NCBI GenBank assembly: GCA_045603585.1 | Contig: JAZUMK010000027.1 | Location: 17,422-81,421, forward strand | DNA: 64,000 nucleotides | Direction: 5' to 3' | Origin: Clostridia bacterium | GTDB taxonomy: Bacteria > Bacillota > Clostridia > Christensenellales > CAG-138 | Part shown: positions 9,911 through 18,656 of the stretch, one piece after another | Layout: the number at the start of each line of letters is the position of its first letter | Numbering within the stretch: position 1 is the stretch's first letter | The notes under the pieces: model-generated | What the model was told of the DNA's origin: nothing | Databases searched by the model: none | What the model saw: only the letters and a program-made list of their open reading frames with translations | Position numbers and translations under genes: made by a program

Positions 9911-10499
9911 TATTCTTATCCTCCAGTTCACTGCGAAGCTTCTTCAGCGCAGCTTCTATTCGTCTCATAAACTCATCAAGACATTCGGAGCGGCTCAATC
10001 CCTCCATTCCGTCGCGGCTGATAGGCTCGCCCACTATGATGCGAATATGTGTCCTTGCGTAGCTTTCGGGATCAATATACAGCGGGATTACCGGCGCACC
10101 GGACTTAAGGGCTATAAACGCGGTGCCTTTTTCAAGCTCATCTATCTCACCCGTAACCGAGCGCTTTCCTTCGGGGAAAATGCCAAACGCCTTACCCTCA
10201 TTAAGCACCTCCATTGCCTGCTTCAGGGAGGCTATGTCAGCGGTATGGCGGTTTACCGGAAAAGCCAGCAATGACTTAAAGAAAAACTTGCCGGGGCCAA
10301 CAAATATCTCCTTTTTTGCCATAAAATGGACAATTCGGGGACATGTGAATGCTATCGCCACAGGGTCCAGCAGAGAGCAATGATTTGCCACATATATCGC
10401 CTTGCCTTTTACCCTGTAATTCTTCTTATTATATACCTTTGGCTTGAATATGATGGTAAAAACAGGCCAGAACAGATATCTTAAAATATAGTACAGCAC
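9891..10499 (-). CDS. plsC: 1-acyl-sn-glycerol-3-phosphate acyltransferase (LPLAT family)
   Basis: 202 aa with the HX4D motif (NHCSLLD) and the FPEGKRS motif. Confidence 0.85.
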   Translation of the reverse strand: MLYYILRYLFWPVFTIIFKPKVYNKKNYRVKGKAIYVANHCSLLDPVAIAFTCPRIVHFMAKKEIFVGPGKFFFKSLLAFPVNRHTADIASLKQAMEVLNEGKAFGIFPEGKRSVTGEIDELEKGTAFIALKSGAPVIPLYIDPESYARTHIRIIVGEPISRDGMEGLSRSECLDEFMRRIEAALKKLRSELEDKNIAACNR

Positions 10500-10502
10500 T
10501 TA

Positions 10503-11183
10503 TCAGCGGTCCTCCCTTTTGATGCCGTCCATTACGGCTGCAACTGCTTCATCAATGGTAAGATCGGTGGTATCCACAAGCACAGCCTCGGGCAGACGAA
10601 CCAACGGAGCAAACTCGCGAGTGCTGTCATTATGATCCCGCTGAGCAATTTCCGCAGCCATTTCTTCAACTGTCTTGTTAAGATCCAGTCCCTTTTCCCT
10701 CAGTTCCAGCAGCCTGCGCCTTGCCCTCTCATCCACAGATGCGGTAACGTAAAACTTGTTTTCGCATTCGGGAATTACATATGAGCCTATCTCCCGGCCA
10801 TCCATAACCACATCGGAAGCATGGGCGATATCCCGCTGATACTGGGCAAGCTTAATACGCACTGCAGGTATGGCGCTGATATCCGACGCACCTTTGGAAA
10901 TTTCATTTGTGCGGATAAGGCCGGATACATCCTCATTATCAAGGTATGTATGCTGAACACCGTCTATATTCTTTGCAAATATATCCGTACGCTCAAGCAG
11001 AGGAATTACATTTTCTCTGTCGTTAGGATCAATGTCTTCCCTTATTGCCTTGAGAGCAAGGGCGCGGTACATTGCGCCGGTATCCAGATAGAGTATACCA
11101 AGCTTCTTTGCAACAGCCTTTGCTATGGTGCTTTTGCCTGCGCCGGCAGGACCGTCTATTGCGATGTTGAGATACTTCTTCAT
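10503..11183 (-). CDS. cmk: Cytidylate kinase
   Basis: 226 aa with P-loop IAIDGPAGAGKST and LDTGAMYR. Confidence 0.95.
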   Translation of the reverse strand: MKKYLNIAIDGPAGAGKSTIAKAVAKKLGILYLDTGAMYRALALKAIREDIDPNDRENVIPLLERTDIFAKNIDGVQHTYLDNEDVSGLIRTNEISKGASDISAIPAVRIKLAQYQRDIAHASDVVMDGREIGSYVIPECENKFYVTASVDERARRRLLELREKGLDLNKTVEEMAAEIAQRDHNDSTREFAPLVRLPEAVLVDTTDLTIDEAVAAVMDGIKREDR

Positions 11184-11197
11184 AATATATATACCTC

Positions 11198-12418
11198 CTA
11201 CTGTATTGAGCGTCCCGCAAGGGCGCCTGTGGAATATGCTATCTGCAGATTAAAACCGCCGGTATATCCGTCCACATCGATAAGCTCACCGGCAAAGTAT
11301 AATCCCGGCACTATCTTTGACTCCATGGTTGATGCATTTATCTCTTTCACGCTGATTCCGCCACGGGTGATTATGGCCTCCTCCACAGGAAGGGCATGAT
11401 CCACCGTCAGTTTCATACACTTCAAGGTGGAAACCAATGCCTCTCTCATTCCGCGGGTAACAGAGTTTACCGGAGTATCGCCGGGTACTTTGGAAAGTTC
11501 CACGGCTATTGGTATCATGCGGGAGGGCAATAGCTCTGAAAGGGAATTGATAAGCTGTCGCCTGATGTTCTTTTCAAAATCCCTCAGCAAACGCCTGTCC
11601 AGCTCTTCGTGGGTAAGCCCCGGCTTCATGTCAATGGTAAGCACAGCACCTGCAGGATCATCCGCAATGCGGCTGCTTGCGCTGAGTACCAGCGGCCCGG
11701 ATACGCCAAAGTGCGTAAACAGCATTTCGCCCAGTTCTTCATATACCAGCTTACCCTTTTTATTATAAGCACGAAGAGTAACGTTTTTCAGGGAAAGGCC
11801 GGTAAGCTCGGTGGGCCAGCTTTCCACCGTTGCAAGCGGAATAAGGGACGGGCGAATATCCGTAACAGTATGCCCAAGCTCCTTTGCAAAGAAATAGCCC
11901 GCACCGTTTGAGCCTGTGGTGGGATAGCTTGCGCCGCCTGTGCAGAGTATTACCGCATCAAAATGCTGGGCGGTTTCGTTTACTACAACTTCAAATCCAT
12001 GTTCGGTTTTGTTTATGGCCTTAACATTGGAATTAAGGCACAGCTCTGCGCCGCTTTTTTCGAGATAGCGGGACATTGCCTTGATAACGTCGCTGGATTT
12101 ATCCGATGCAGGGAACACTCTCTTCCCCCGCTCCACTTTGGTGGGCACGCCCATGGAGTTTATTATGGATACAATATCCGTGTTGGTAAATCCATAAAGT
12201 GCGCTGTAAAGGAACTTGTGATTTCTCGGTATGTTGGCAAAAAAATCCTCCGTATCGCAATCATTGGTTATATTGCAGCGGCCCTTGCCTGTGATATAAA
12301 GCTTTTTGCCTATCTTTTCGTTTTTTTCAAACAGCCTGACGCTGTGACCGTTTTGGGCTGCCATTGAAGCAGCCATTATGCCGGCGGGACCTCCGCCTAT
12401 TACCGCTACCCTGCTCAT
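11198..12418 (-). CDS. HI0933/BaiN-family NAD(P)/FAD-dependent flavoprotein
   Basis: It has a GGGPAG dinucleotide fold and a C-terminal LYFAGELIDVDGYTGGFNLQ motif. I prefer the start at ATG 12418 (MSRVAVIGGGPAG). That start overlaps the rpiR stop as TGATG. Confidence 0.85.
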   Translation of the reverse strand: MSRVAVIGGGPAGIMAASMAAQNGHSVRLFEKNEKIGKKLYITGKGRCNITNDCDTEDFFANIPRNHKFLYSALYGFTNTDIVSIINSMGVPTKVERGKRVFPASDKSSDVIKAMSRYLEKSGAELCLNSNVKAINKTEHGFEVVVNETAQHFDAVILCTGGASYPTTGSNGAGYFFAKELGHTVTDIRPSLIPLATVESWPTELTGLSLKNVTLRAYNKKGKLVYEELGEMLFTHFGVSGPLVLSASSRIADDPAGAVLTIDMKPGLTHEELDRRLLRDFEKNIRRQLINSLSELLPSRMIPIAVELSKVPGDTPVNSVTRGMREALVSTLKCMKLTVDHALPVEEAIITRGGISVKEINASTMESKIVPGLYFAGELIDVDGYTGGFNLQIAYSTGALAGRSIQ

Positions 12419-13293
12419 CAGCCCTCCACATTCTCGCTGTTTACGCCGATATATACCTTCTGGCTCTTCCATATACCCTCAAGCTGGCTGAGACATTCGG
12501 ATACTGCGCTTTTACGGCGCAGGCCTGCGCCTACGATTATCGCATTTATAAGGCTGAGAGGCGCCACCAGTGAATCCGCAAAGGAAGCCATATCGCTCCT
12601 TGCTATAAGAACGCTGTCCGCAAGCTCTGCAATAGGAGAAAACATGCTGTCTGTAATGGCGGTAACTGCCGCCCCCCTGTCCTTTGCAAACTTAAGGGCA
12701 TCAACGGTACGGGAGGAATACCTTGGGAAGCTTATGCCGATACACATATCCTGCTTGTCGATCCTCAGCATGCTTTCATATACATCGGTCTGCATGGAAG
12801 TTACTATCACAACGTCTTCCAGGATAAAATTAAGATAATATCCTAAAAACTGGGCAAGCGGCGCGGCGCTCTTAATACCCACAAGATAAACTCTGCGGGC
12901 TTTGAGCATATTGTCTATCATAGTATTGAATACTGCGGTGTCCACTGATTCTATCGTAGAACGTATATTGCTTATATCTGCTTTAAGCACTGTGGACAGC
13001 ACCTCATCCTGCTCCATATCCGAGGTGAGCTGAATACGCTGTACTGCAGTAAGGCGGTTTCGTATCATTTCCTGCAATGACCGCTGAAGCTCCGGATATC
13101 CGTCATATCCCAAAGCATAGGCAAAGCGAACTACGGTGGATTCGCTTACGCCGACGGTTCTTCCCATGCGGGAAGCCGTAATAAAAGCAGCCCTGTCATA
13201 GTTATCCACTATATAATTGGCCAGCATCTTCTGTCCCTTGCTGAAGGAGCTGTAATTTGCGTTTATTCTTGCGATCAGGTCTGTGCTTTCCAT
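12418..13293 (-). CDS. MurR/RpiR-family transcriptional regulator (HTH + SIS domain)
   Basis: 291 aa with an N-terminal HTH_6-like region (SFSKGQKMLANYIVDN...RMGRTVGVSESTVVRFA) and a C-terminal SIS domain. Confidence 0.85.
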   Translation of the reverse strand: MESTDLIARINANYSSFSKGQKMLANYIVDNYDRAAFITASRMGRTVGVSESTVVRFAYALGYDGYPELQRSLQEMIRNRLTAVQRIQLTSDMEQDEVLSTVLKADISNIRSTIESVDTAVFNTMIDNMLKARRVYLVGIKSAAPLAQFLGYYLNFILEDVVIVTSMQTDVYESMLRIDKQDMCIGISFPRYSSRTVDALKFAKDRGAAVTAITDSMFSPIAELADSVLIARSDMASFADSLVAPLSLINAIIVGAGLRRKSAVSECLSQLEGIWKSQKVYIGVNSENVEG

Positions 13294-13298
13294 TTATA

Positions 13299-14060
13299 TT
13301 ACTCCTTTATGCTGCGGTTCAGGCTCTTGAGACGGTTCAGCAAAGCATCATCGGTGCTGTTTGTCATTATTGGGGTAACGGACACATATCCTTCATCCGT
13401 CCAGCGCTCATCGTTATCCGCTTCCCTGTCCCCATCGTAATCCATCCTTGCAGGCCACCAGTAATAATCCACATTTCTGGGGTCCTGCCGTTTTTCAAAG
13501 GGAGCCATATAGGTTCTGTCGGATAGTCTGGTATACTTTATGCCCTTCAGCTGATCGTACGGCAAATCCGGCACGTTAACATTAAACAGCATACATCCGC
13601 TCTTGACAAATTCGTCGATAAGCTCATCCGCAATCCGGGCCGGAACAGAATAATCTCTTAAATTCACCGGTTCCATGGATATTGCCATAGAGGGCACTCC
13701 CTCCAGCGCCCCTTCCATTGCCGCATTGACAGTGCCAGAATAATGCACGTCAACACCGAGGTTGTAACCGTGATTTATGCCGGAGATTATGATATCAGGC
13801 TTAATTTCCAAAGCTCTTAATCCGATTATTACACAATCCGCAGGGGCGCCGTTCACTTTATATGCCTCAATGTGAGGAGCGTCAGGGATGGCGGCCTTTT
13901 TTACCCTTAAGGGAGCCGTAAGCGTTATGGAGTGAGATGCGCCGCTGCGTTCATTTTCCGGCGCCACCACCACAACCTGATGTTTTTGAGCAAGGCGGCA
14001 AGCGAGGGCTCTGATTCCCTCTGCATTAATGCCGTCATCATTGGTAATGAGTATTCGCAT
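13299..14060 (-). CDS. surE: 5'/3'-nucleotidase SurE
   Basis: MRILITNDDGINAEGIRAL... is the typical SurE N-terminus. I chose the start at 14060 (GGGAGG upstream) rather than the longest ORF start at 14087. Confidence 0.92.
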   Translation of the reverse strand: MRILITNDDGINAEGIRALACRLAQKHQVVVVAPENERSGASHSITLTAPLRVKKAAIPDAPHIEAYKVNGAPADCVIIGLRALEIKPDIIISGINHGYNLGVDVHYSGTVNAAMEGALEGVPSMAISMEPVNLRDYSVPARIADELIDEFVKSGCMLFNVNVPDLPYDQLKGIKYTRLSDRTYMAPFEKRQDPRNVDYYWWPARMDYDGDREADNDERWTDEGYVSVTPIMTNSTDDALLNRLKSLNRSIKE

Positions 14061-14207
14061 ATTTCTCCGCCTCCCGAATGCAAGCAATCTGATGCCACAT
14101 ATAGTGTCAATTGCATTTATTTTATCAAATCACCTTTATCTTGGCAATAAATTGCCGCAAAGATGCAGGAATTGCACCGAAAACTTCACATGCAGGAATA
14201 ATTTCCA

Positions 14208-14237
14208 TAAAAAAGAGCCGAAGCAGCATGCTTCGGC
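14208..14237 (-). terminator. Rho-independent terminator after yebC
   Basis: Minus strand GCCGAAGCA-TGC-TGCTTCGGC followed by TCTTTTTTAT. Confidence 0.7.
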
Positions 14238-14254
14238 CCACAGAAGCTGTTAAA

Positions 14255-15001
14255 TTAATCTTCGTCCTCTTCTTCGGGAAGGGTGACGTTGTGGTAAACT
14301 TCCTGAACGTCATCATCATCGTCAAAGCGATCAAGCATCTTTACGATCTTTTCTACCAGCTCGGGATCCTTGGTTGCATCAACGGTGTTCTGGGGGAACA
14401 TGCCTACTTCGGCGGAAAGGAAGGTGTACTTGCCTTCCAGAGCCTCACGTACGGCAGAAAAATCGGCGGGAGCTGTGTAGATTTCGTATACGTCATCAAG
14501 AGCATTGAAATCCTCTGCGCCTGCATCCAGAGCTTCCATCATGAGTTCGTCCTCGTCGATGGATGCACTGCGCTCTACTACCAAAAGACCGCGCTTGTCA
14601 AACATCCAGGATACGCATCCGTTTGCACCCATGCTGCCGCCGCTCTTATCAAAGATATGGCGGATCTCGGCTGCGGTACGGTTGCGGTTGTCGGTAACGA
14701 CCTCAACGATAACGGCGGTACCGCCGGGGCCGTAGCCTTCGTAGGTGATTTCTTCGTAGTTTACGCTGCCAAGCTCACCGGCTGCCTTTTTGATGGAGCG
14801 GGTGATGTTATCGTTAGGCATGTTGTTTGCCTTTGCCTTGGCAATAACGTCTCTCAGCTTGGAGTTGTTGGCAGGATCGCTGCCGCCCTCTTTTACGGCT
14901 ATGGCAATTTCACGGCCTATTTTGGTAAAAATCTTGCCGCGCTGGGAGTCGGTCTTTTCCTTTTTATTTTTAATATTGGCCCATTTGGAATGTCCGGACA
15001 T
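14255..15001 (-). CDS. yebC: YebC/PmpR-family DNA-binding regulator
   Basis: 248 aa starting [27 protein letters not shown], the diagnostic N-terminus. Confidence 0.93.
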   Translation of the reverse strand: MSGHSKWANIKNKKEKTDSQRGKIFTKIGREIAIAVKEGGSDPANNSKLRDVIAKAKANNMPNDNITRSIKKAAGELGSVNYEEITYEGYGPGGTAVIVEVVTDNRNRTAAEIRHIFDKSGGSMGANGCVSWMFDKRGLLVVERSASIDEDELMMEALDAGAEDFNALDDVYEIYTAPADFSAVREALEGKYTFLSAEVGMFPQNTVDATKDPELVEKIVKMLDRFDDDDDVQEVYHNVTLPEEEDED

Positions 15002-15061
15002 AGGTTTATACCCTCCTGAGAATTATCAACGCTTAATTATAGCACTATTACTACAGCTTGT

Positions 15062-15631
15062 TCAAGCATTCTGTGATATATCGTCGTATTTTTGCCTAAG
15101 CTTTTTCATATCCTCCCATGCTTCCCGCTTTTTGCTTTCGTCCCTCAGCAGCGCAGCAGGGTGATATGTTGGAAGCATCCATATTCCTTTCACCTGCTTC
15201 CATGTTCCCCTGCCTCTTGTTATACGAATGTTTTCGTCGTATATATGTCTTGCGGCTGTGGCCCCAAGGCATACTATGATCTTTGGCCTTATAAGGGCAA
15301 ACTGTGCTCTGAGGTACGGAAGACATGCATCCGCTTCGCTCGGCTCCGGCACTCTGTTTCCCGGCGGACGGCATTTTACCACATTGGCAATATAAACATC
15401 CTCCCGTTTAAGGTCTATTGCCCCTATCATTTTATCCAGCAGCCTGCCTGCCGGTCCTACAAAAGGCCTTCCTGTTTCATCCTCCTCCCTTCCGGGACCT
15501 TCTCCGATGAACATGATATCAGCCTTTGGGTTGCCCTCGCCAATTACGATGTTTGTCCGCCTTTCGCAAAGCCTGCATTTTCTGCAGCCGTCTATCTCTT
15601 CATATAATTCTTTCCAGTCAAATCTCGCCAT
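15062..15631 (-). CDS. Uracil-DNA glycosylase, family 4
   Basis: 189 aa with a Cys cluster (CRKCRLC) and GEGPGREEDETGRPFVGPAGRLLD. Confidence 0.88.
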   Translation of the reverse strand: MARFDWKELYEEIDGCRKCRLCERRTNIVIGEGNPKADIMFIGEGPGREEDETGRPFVGPAGRLLDKMIGAIDLKREDVYIANVVKCRPPGNRVPEPSEADACLPYLRAQFALIRPKIIVCLGATAARHIYDENIRITRGRGTWKQVKGIWMLPTYHPAALLRDESKKREAWEDMKKLRQKYDDISQNA

Positions 15632-15798
15632 GATCGCATCCCCACTTTATGCTATGTATAAAAGATGGTTTTAGCTTGAATTCCAAAACTATGTATGCCT
15701 ATACACCGGACAAAATGAAACACCTGTTATAATTTGCCTGCTGTGTATGTGATAAATATCTTTTGATATCTAAAAAACCATACTGTGCAGAATTGTAA

Positions 15799-15827
15799 TT
15801 GCAAACCTGACACAAATACTATATAAT
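15799..15827 (+). promoter_or_regulatory. Putative sigma-A promoter TTGCAA-N17-TATAAT upstream of lysR
   Basis: Near-consensus hexamers at 15799-15804 and 15822-15827 with exact 17-nt spacing. It lies in the 318-bp AT-rich divergent region, about 115 nt before the lysR ATG. Confidence 0.45.
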
Positions 15828-15949
15828 TAAAAATTATAATAAGTAATTCTTATGCTTACTATAATCAATATTAACAAATATTTGCCTGATGGGCAAGATG
15901 CCCTTTAGCGCAGATTACTTTTTAATTTACTTTTTCAGGAGGTTCTGTC

Positions 15950-16843
15950 ATGCCTGCCGATCTGGATCTTTACAGCATTTTTTGTACCGTTGCCCGCTGC
16001 GGAAGCCTTTCTCATGCAGCCAGGGAGCTGTATGTCAGCCAGCCCGCCATAAGCCAGTCCATGCATAGATTGGAGTACATGCTGGGCTGTACCCTTTTCA
16101 CCCGTACCAGCCGCGGTATTACCCTTACCAGTGAAGGCCGAATGCTGTACAGCTATGCCGATAAGGCTATAAGCCTTATCTCCGCTGCTGAGGACAAGCT
16201 CAACCGCATGCGTACCCTCCAGTCCGGCGGTCTTATGATAGGCGCAAGCGATACGCTGTGCCAGTTTTTCCTGCTGCCCTATCTTGAAAAGTTCCATACC
16301 GAATACCCCGAAGTCCAGCTGCAGGTAACAAACCGCACCACTCCGGATACTATCGAGCTGCTCAAAGTAGGTAAAGTTGATATTGCCCTGGTAAACCTGC
16401 CCGTGGCAGACAACGCCCTGTGCGTAAGGGATGTTTTAAAGGTTCATGATGCTTTTGTTGCTTCTGACCGCTTTGCCCATCTCAAGGGTCGTCAGGTCAC
16501 CATGGCAGAGCTTGCCCGCGAGCCCCTTGTTCTGCTTGAGCAGGCATCCAATTCCCGCAAATATCTTGATGATTTTGCCGCAATGAGCGGAATTACCCTG
16601 CATCCTGAAATAGAACTTGGCGCCCACAGCTTGCTGGTTGAGTTTGCAAAAATCGGCCTTGGCATTGCCTGTGTCACTTCCGAGTTTGCCACCGCCGCCA
16701 TAAACAGCGGTGAGCTGTTCGAAATCGACCTTGCAGAGCCCATGCCCTCCCGCGGTATCGGCCTTATCTCCCTTGAGGGCGTACCCCTCTCTGCTGCCGC
16801 CGAAAGATTTATCAGCATCGTGCTGGAAAATCAGGGCCAGTAA
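15950..16843 (+). CDS. LysR-family transcriptional regulator
   Basis: 297 aa with an N-terminal HTH (SLSHAARELYVSQPAISQSMHRLE) and a LysR substrate-binding domain. AGGAGG lies upstream. Confidence 0.9.
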   Translation: MPADLDLYSIFCTVARCGSLSHAARELYVSQPAISQSMHRLEYMLGCTLFTRTSRGITLTSEGRMLYSYADKAISLISAAEDKLNRMRTLQSGGLMIGASDTLCQFFLLPYLEKFHTEYPEVQLQVTNRTTPDTIELLKVGKVDIALVNLPVADNALCVRDVLKVHDAFVASDRFAHLKGRQVTMAELAREPLVLLEQASNSRKYLDDFAAMSGITLHPEIELGAHSLLVEFAKIGLGIACVTSEFATAAINSGELFEIDLAEPMPSRGIGLISLEGVPLSAAAERFISIVLENQGQ

Positions 16844-16849
16844 CCTGTT

Positions 16850-17974
16850 ATGGAGCATCGGCATGTTAAAAGAGGGCGCAAGCCCCTGTTATCGGTATAC
16901 GGCAGCATAATTGTTGCAATAATCATGTGCACTCTGCTTTATGGCCTGCTGTACAATGGCGGCGGCGCCAACGTTCTTATGGAAGAGGAGCGTCAGATCG
17001 CCGAAGAAGAATCAGCCGCAATTATCGCAGCTGCTCCCACGCCCACACCGCAAATGACAGTCGCTTCTTCCTCCGGCAGGCTTATCCCCTATTTATCAAA
17101 TAATCTCTGGGGATACAAAAATACCTCAGGCGAAATTGTAATACTTCCCGCTTTTTCCTCTGCTTTGGAATTTGAAGGCGATATCGCCTTTGCCGCACAG
17201 AATGGACTTTACGGCCTTATAAACCGCTCGGGCGCATGGATCGTTCAGCCTGTGTGGACAAATGTTTCCTCTTTCAGCGAAGGCTACGCCGCCGTTGAAC
17301 AGGACGGCAAATGGGGCTATATTGACCAAACGGGCAGCGTAAAGATCAATTATGCATACCGCGAAGCAGGCCCCTTCAGCTGCGGCAGAGCTGCAGTTCG
17401 TTCAGCTTCTTCCTTCGGGTATATTGACGTTGCGGGCAATATCGCCATCACCGAAAAATGGTCATCCGCAAATCCTTTTGCAAATGACCTTGCCTTTGTA
17501 ACTCTTTCTTCAAAGGGTTACATCATCGATAAGCTGGGAGAACCTCTTATCACCCTTAACAGCGGTACATCCGGCGAAGGCTTTTGTGAGGACTTTGCTC
17601 TTATTCAGGATAACGGCAGCTGTTACTTTATGAACCGCTACGGAAAAAGTGCTTTCCGCAAAACCTATTCTTCTGCCCTGCCCTTCTCCGGAGGCCTTGC
17701 GGCAATACGAGAAGAAGGACTTTGGGGCTTTATCAACGATATGGGTGCAACGGCAATTGCGCCCCAGTATATGGAAGCCCGCTCTTTCTCAAACGGTCTT
17801 GCTGCCGTCAAGAACGCTCAAGGTCTTTGGGGCTATATAGACAGCTTCGGTACTCTGAAAATAGACTATCGCTATGCTGAGCCGGGAAGCTTTTCTGATG
17901 GGTTTGCAGTGTCCATGCGGGACGGTTCATGGTATATTGTGGATAAAAGCGGCAGTGAAGCGCTGCTTTATTAA
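16850..17974 (+). CDS. Membrane-anchored WG-repeat (KWG-type) protein
   Basis: 374 aa. It has an N-terminal basic segment and one TM helix. About 8 degenerate ~35-aa repeats follow, each carrying (L/K)WGY(I/K)(D/N)..G motifs (LWGYKN, LYGLIN, KWGYID, FGYID, LWGFIN, LWGYID). Confidence 0.75.
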   Translation: MEHRHVKRGRKPLLSVYGSIIVAIIMCTLLYGLLYNGGGANVLMEEERQIAEEESAAIIAAAPTPTPQMTVASSSGRLIPYLSNNLWGYKNTSGEIVILPAFSSALEFEGDIAFAAQNGLYGLINRSGAWIVQPVWTNVSSFSEGYAAVEQDGKWGYIDQTGSVKINYAYREAGPFSCGRAAVRSASSFGYIDVAGNIAITEKWSSANPFANDLAFVTLSSKGYIIDKLGEPLITLNSGTSGEGFCEDFALIQDNGSCYFMNRYGKSAFRKTYSSALPFSGGLAAIREEGLWGFINDMGATAIAPQYMEARSFSNGLAAVKNAQGLWGYIDSFGTLKIDYRYAEPGSFSDGFAVSMRDGSWYIVDKSGSEALLY

Positions 17975-18005
17975 AAAATATATCCATTTGCTGTGTATTT
18001 TCCCC

Positions 18006-18034
18006 TTGCAAAACACATTACCTTGTGTTAGAAT
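18006..18034 (+). promoter_or_regulatory. Putative sigma-A promoter for rpmB (TTGCAA-N17-TAGAAT with TG extension)
   Basis: TTGCAA at 18006-18011, 17-nt spacer, TGt-TAGAAT at 18026-18034. Confidence 0.55.
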
Positions 18035-18087
18035 AGCACTGTTTGATTTTAGCAATATGCTTACTGTCGGTAAGGAGGTGTAAATAC

Positions 18088-18279
18088 ATGGGTAAGTTCT
18101 GTGAGGTTTGCAATAAGGGTATGATGTCCGGTAATAGGGTAAGTCATTCCAATAGGAAAACCAGGCATGCATGGGCTCCCAATATTCAGCGCGTAAGCGT
18201 TGTTGTTGATGGTACCCCCTGCAAGATGAACGTCTGCACTCGTTGCCTTCGTTCCGGCAAGGTTCAGCGCAGCGTCTAA
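18088..18279 (+). CDS. rpmB: 50S ribosomal protein L28
   Basis: MGKFCEVCNKGMMSGNRVSHSNRKTRHAWAPNIQR... with AAGGAGG 8 nt upstream. The longest ORF start at 18043 has no SD. Confidence 0.93.
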   Translation: MGKFCEVCNKGMMSGNRVSHSNRKTRHAWAPNIQRVSVVVDGTPCKMNVCTRCLRSGKVQRSV

Positions 18280-18298
18280 TTATTAAGACATCGTGCGT

Positions 18299-18332
18299 GA
18301 GTCGGTCAGTTTGACCGGCTCATTTATTTTTT
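18299..18332 (+). terminator. Rho-independent terminator after rpmB
   Basis: GAGTCGGTCA-gtt-TGACCGGCTC (10 bp, one G-U) followed by ATTTATTTTTT. Confidence 0.7.
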
Positions 18333-18353
18333 GGCCGGATACGGCAGGATAAG

Positions 18354-18545
18354 CTATAAATACCTTTCTATCACAAACAATCTGAATATTCCGGTAAATA
18401 ACCCTGCCCATATCAGCGCCCATATCAGCCTGGTGTTCAGGCACAGCATCAGCAGCATTATTATCAAAAAGCACATACAGCACCTGAAAGTTCGCCTCTT
18501 GCATTGTCGCCTTCTTATGTATACCATTGACGGCCTTTTTTGCAT
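18354..18545 (-). CDS. Hypothetical 63-aa basic/hydrophobic small protein
   Basis: ATG at 18545 lies 8 nt downstream of AGGAGGGG. The product is MQKRPSMVYIRRRQCKRRTFRCCMCFLIIMLLMLCLNTRLIWALIWAGLFTGIFRLFVIERYL, with an Arg/Lys-rich N-terminus and then two hydrophobic segments. A perfect 12-nt tandem duplication (18406-18429) is in frame and encodes LIWA-LIWA. I recognise no homology. Confidence 0.4.
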   Translation of the reverse strand: MQKRPSMVYIRRRQCKRRTFRCCMCFLIIMLLMLCLNTRLIWALIWAGLFTGIFRLFVIERYL

Positions 18546-18625
18546 GCTTCTCCCCTCCTGTCTGTTATATACTACGCAGCTTTGCGCACATTGTTTCGCG
18601 CACAATACAAGGTTGTAAAGAATAC

Positions 18626-18639
18626 ATTGATATATCAAT
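18626..18639. repeat. Perfect 14-bp palindrome ATTGATATATCAAT
   Basis: Read directly from the sequence. It ends 17 nt before the ABC ATPase start codon, in the gap shared with the divergent small ORF. Confidence 0.6.
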
Positions 18640-18656
18640 TATAACGGAGGCTTTAT

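Noticed and set aside
15632-15949. 318-bp AT-rich gap between udg and lysR as a possible ncRNA or riboswitch
   Set aside because: I saw no conserved riboswitch core and no stable long-range structure. The content is explained by divergent promoters and a leader. Only the short repeats are recorded, as low-interest findings.
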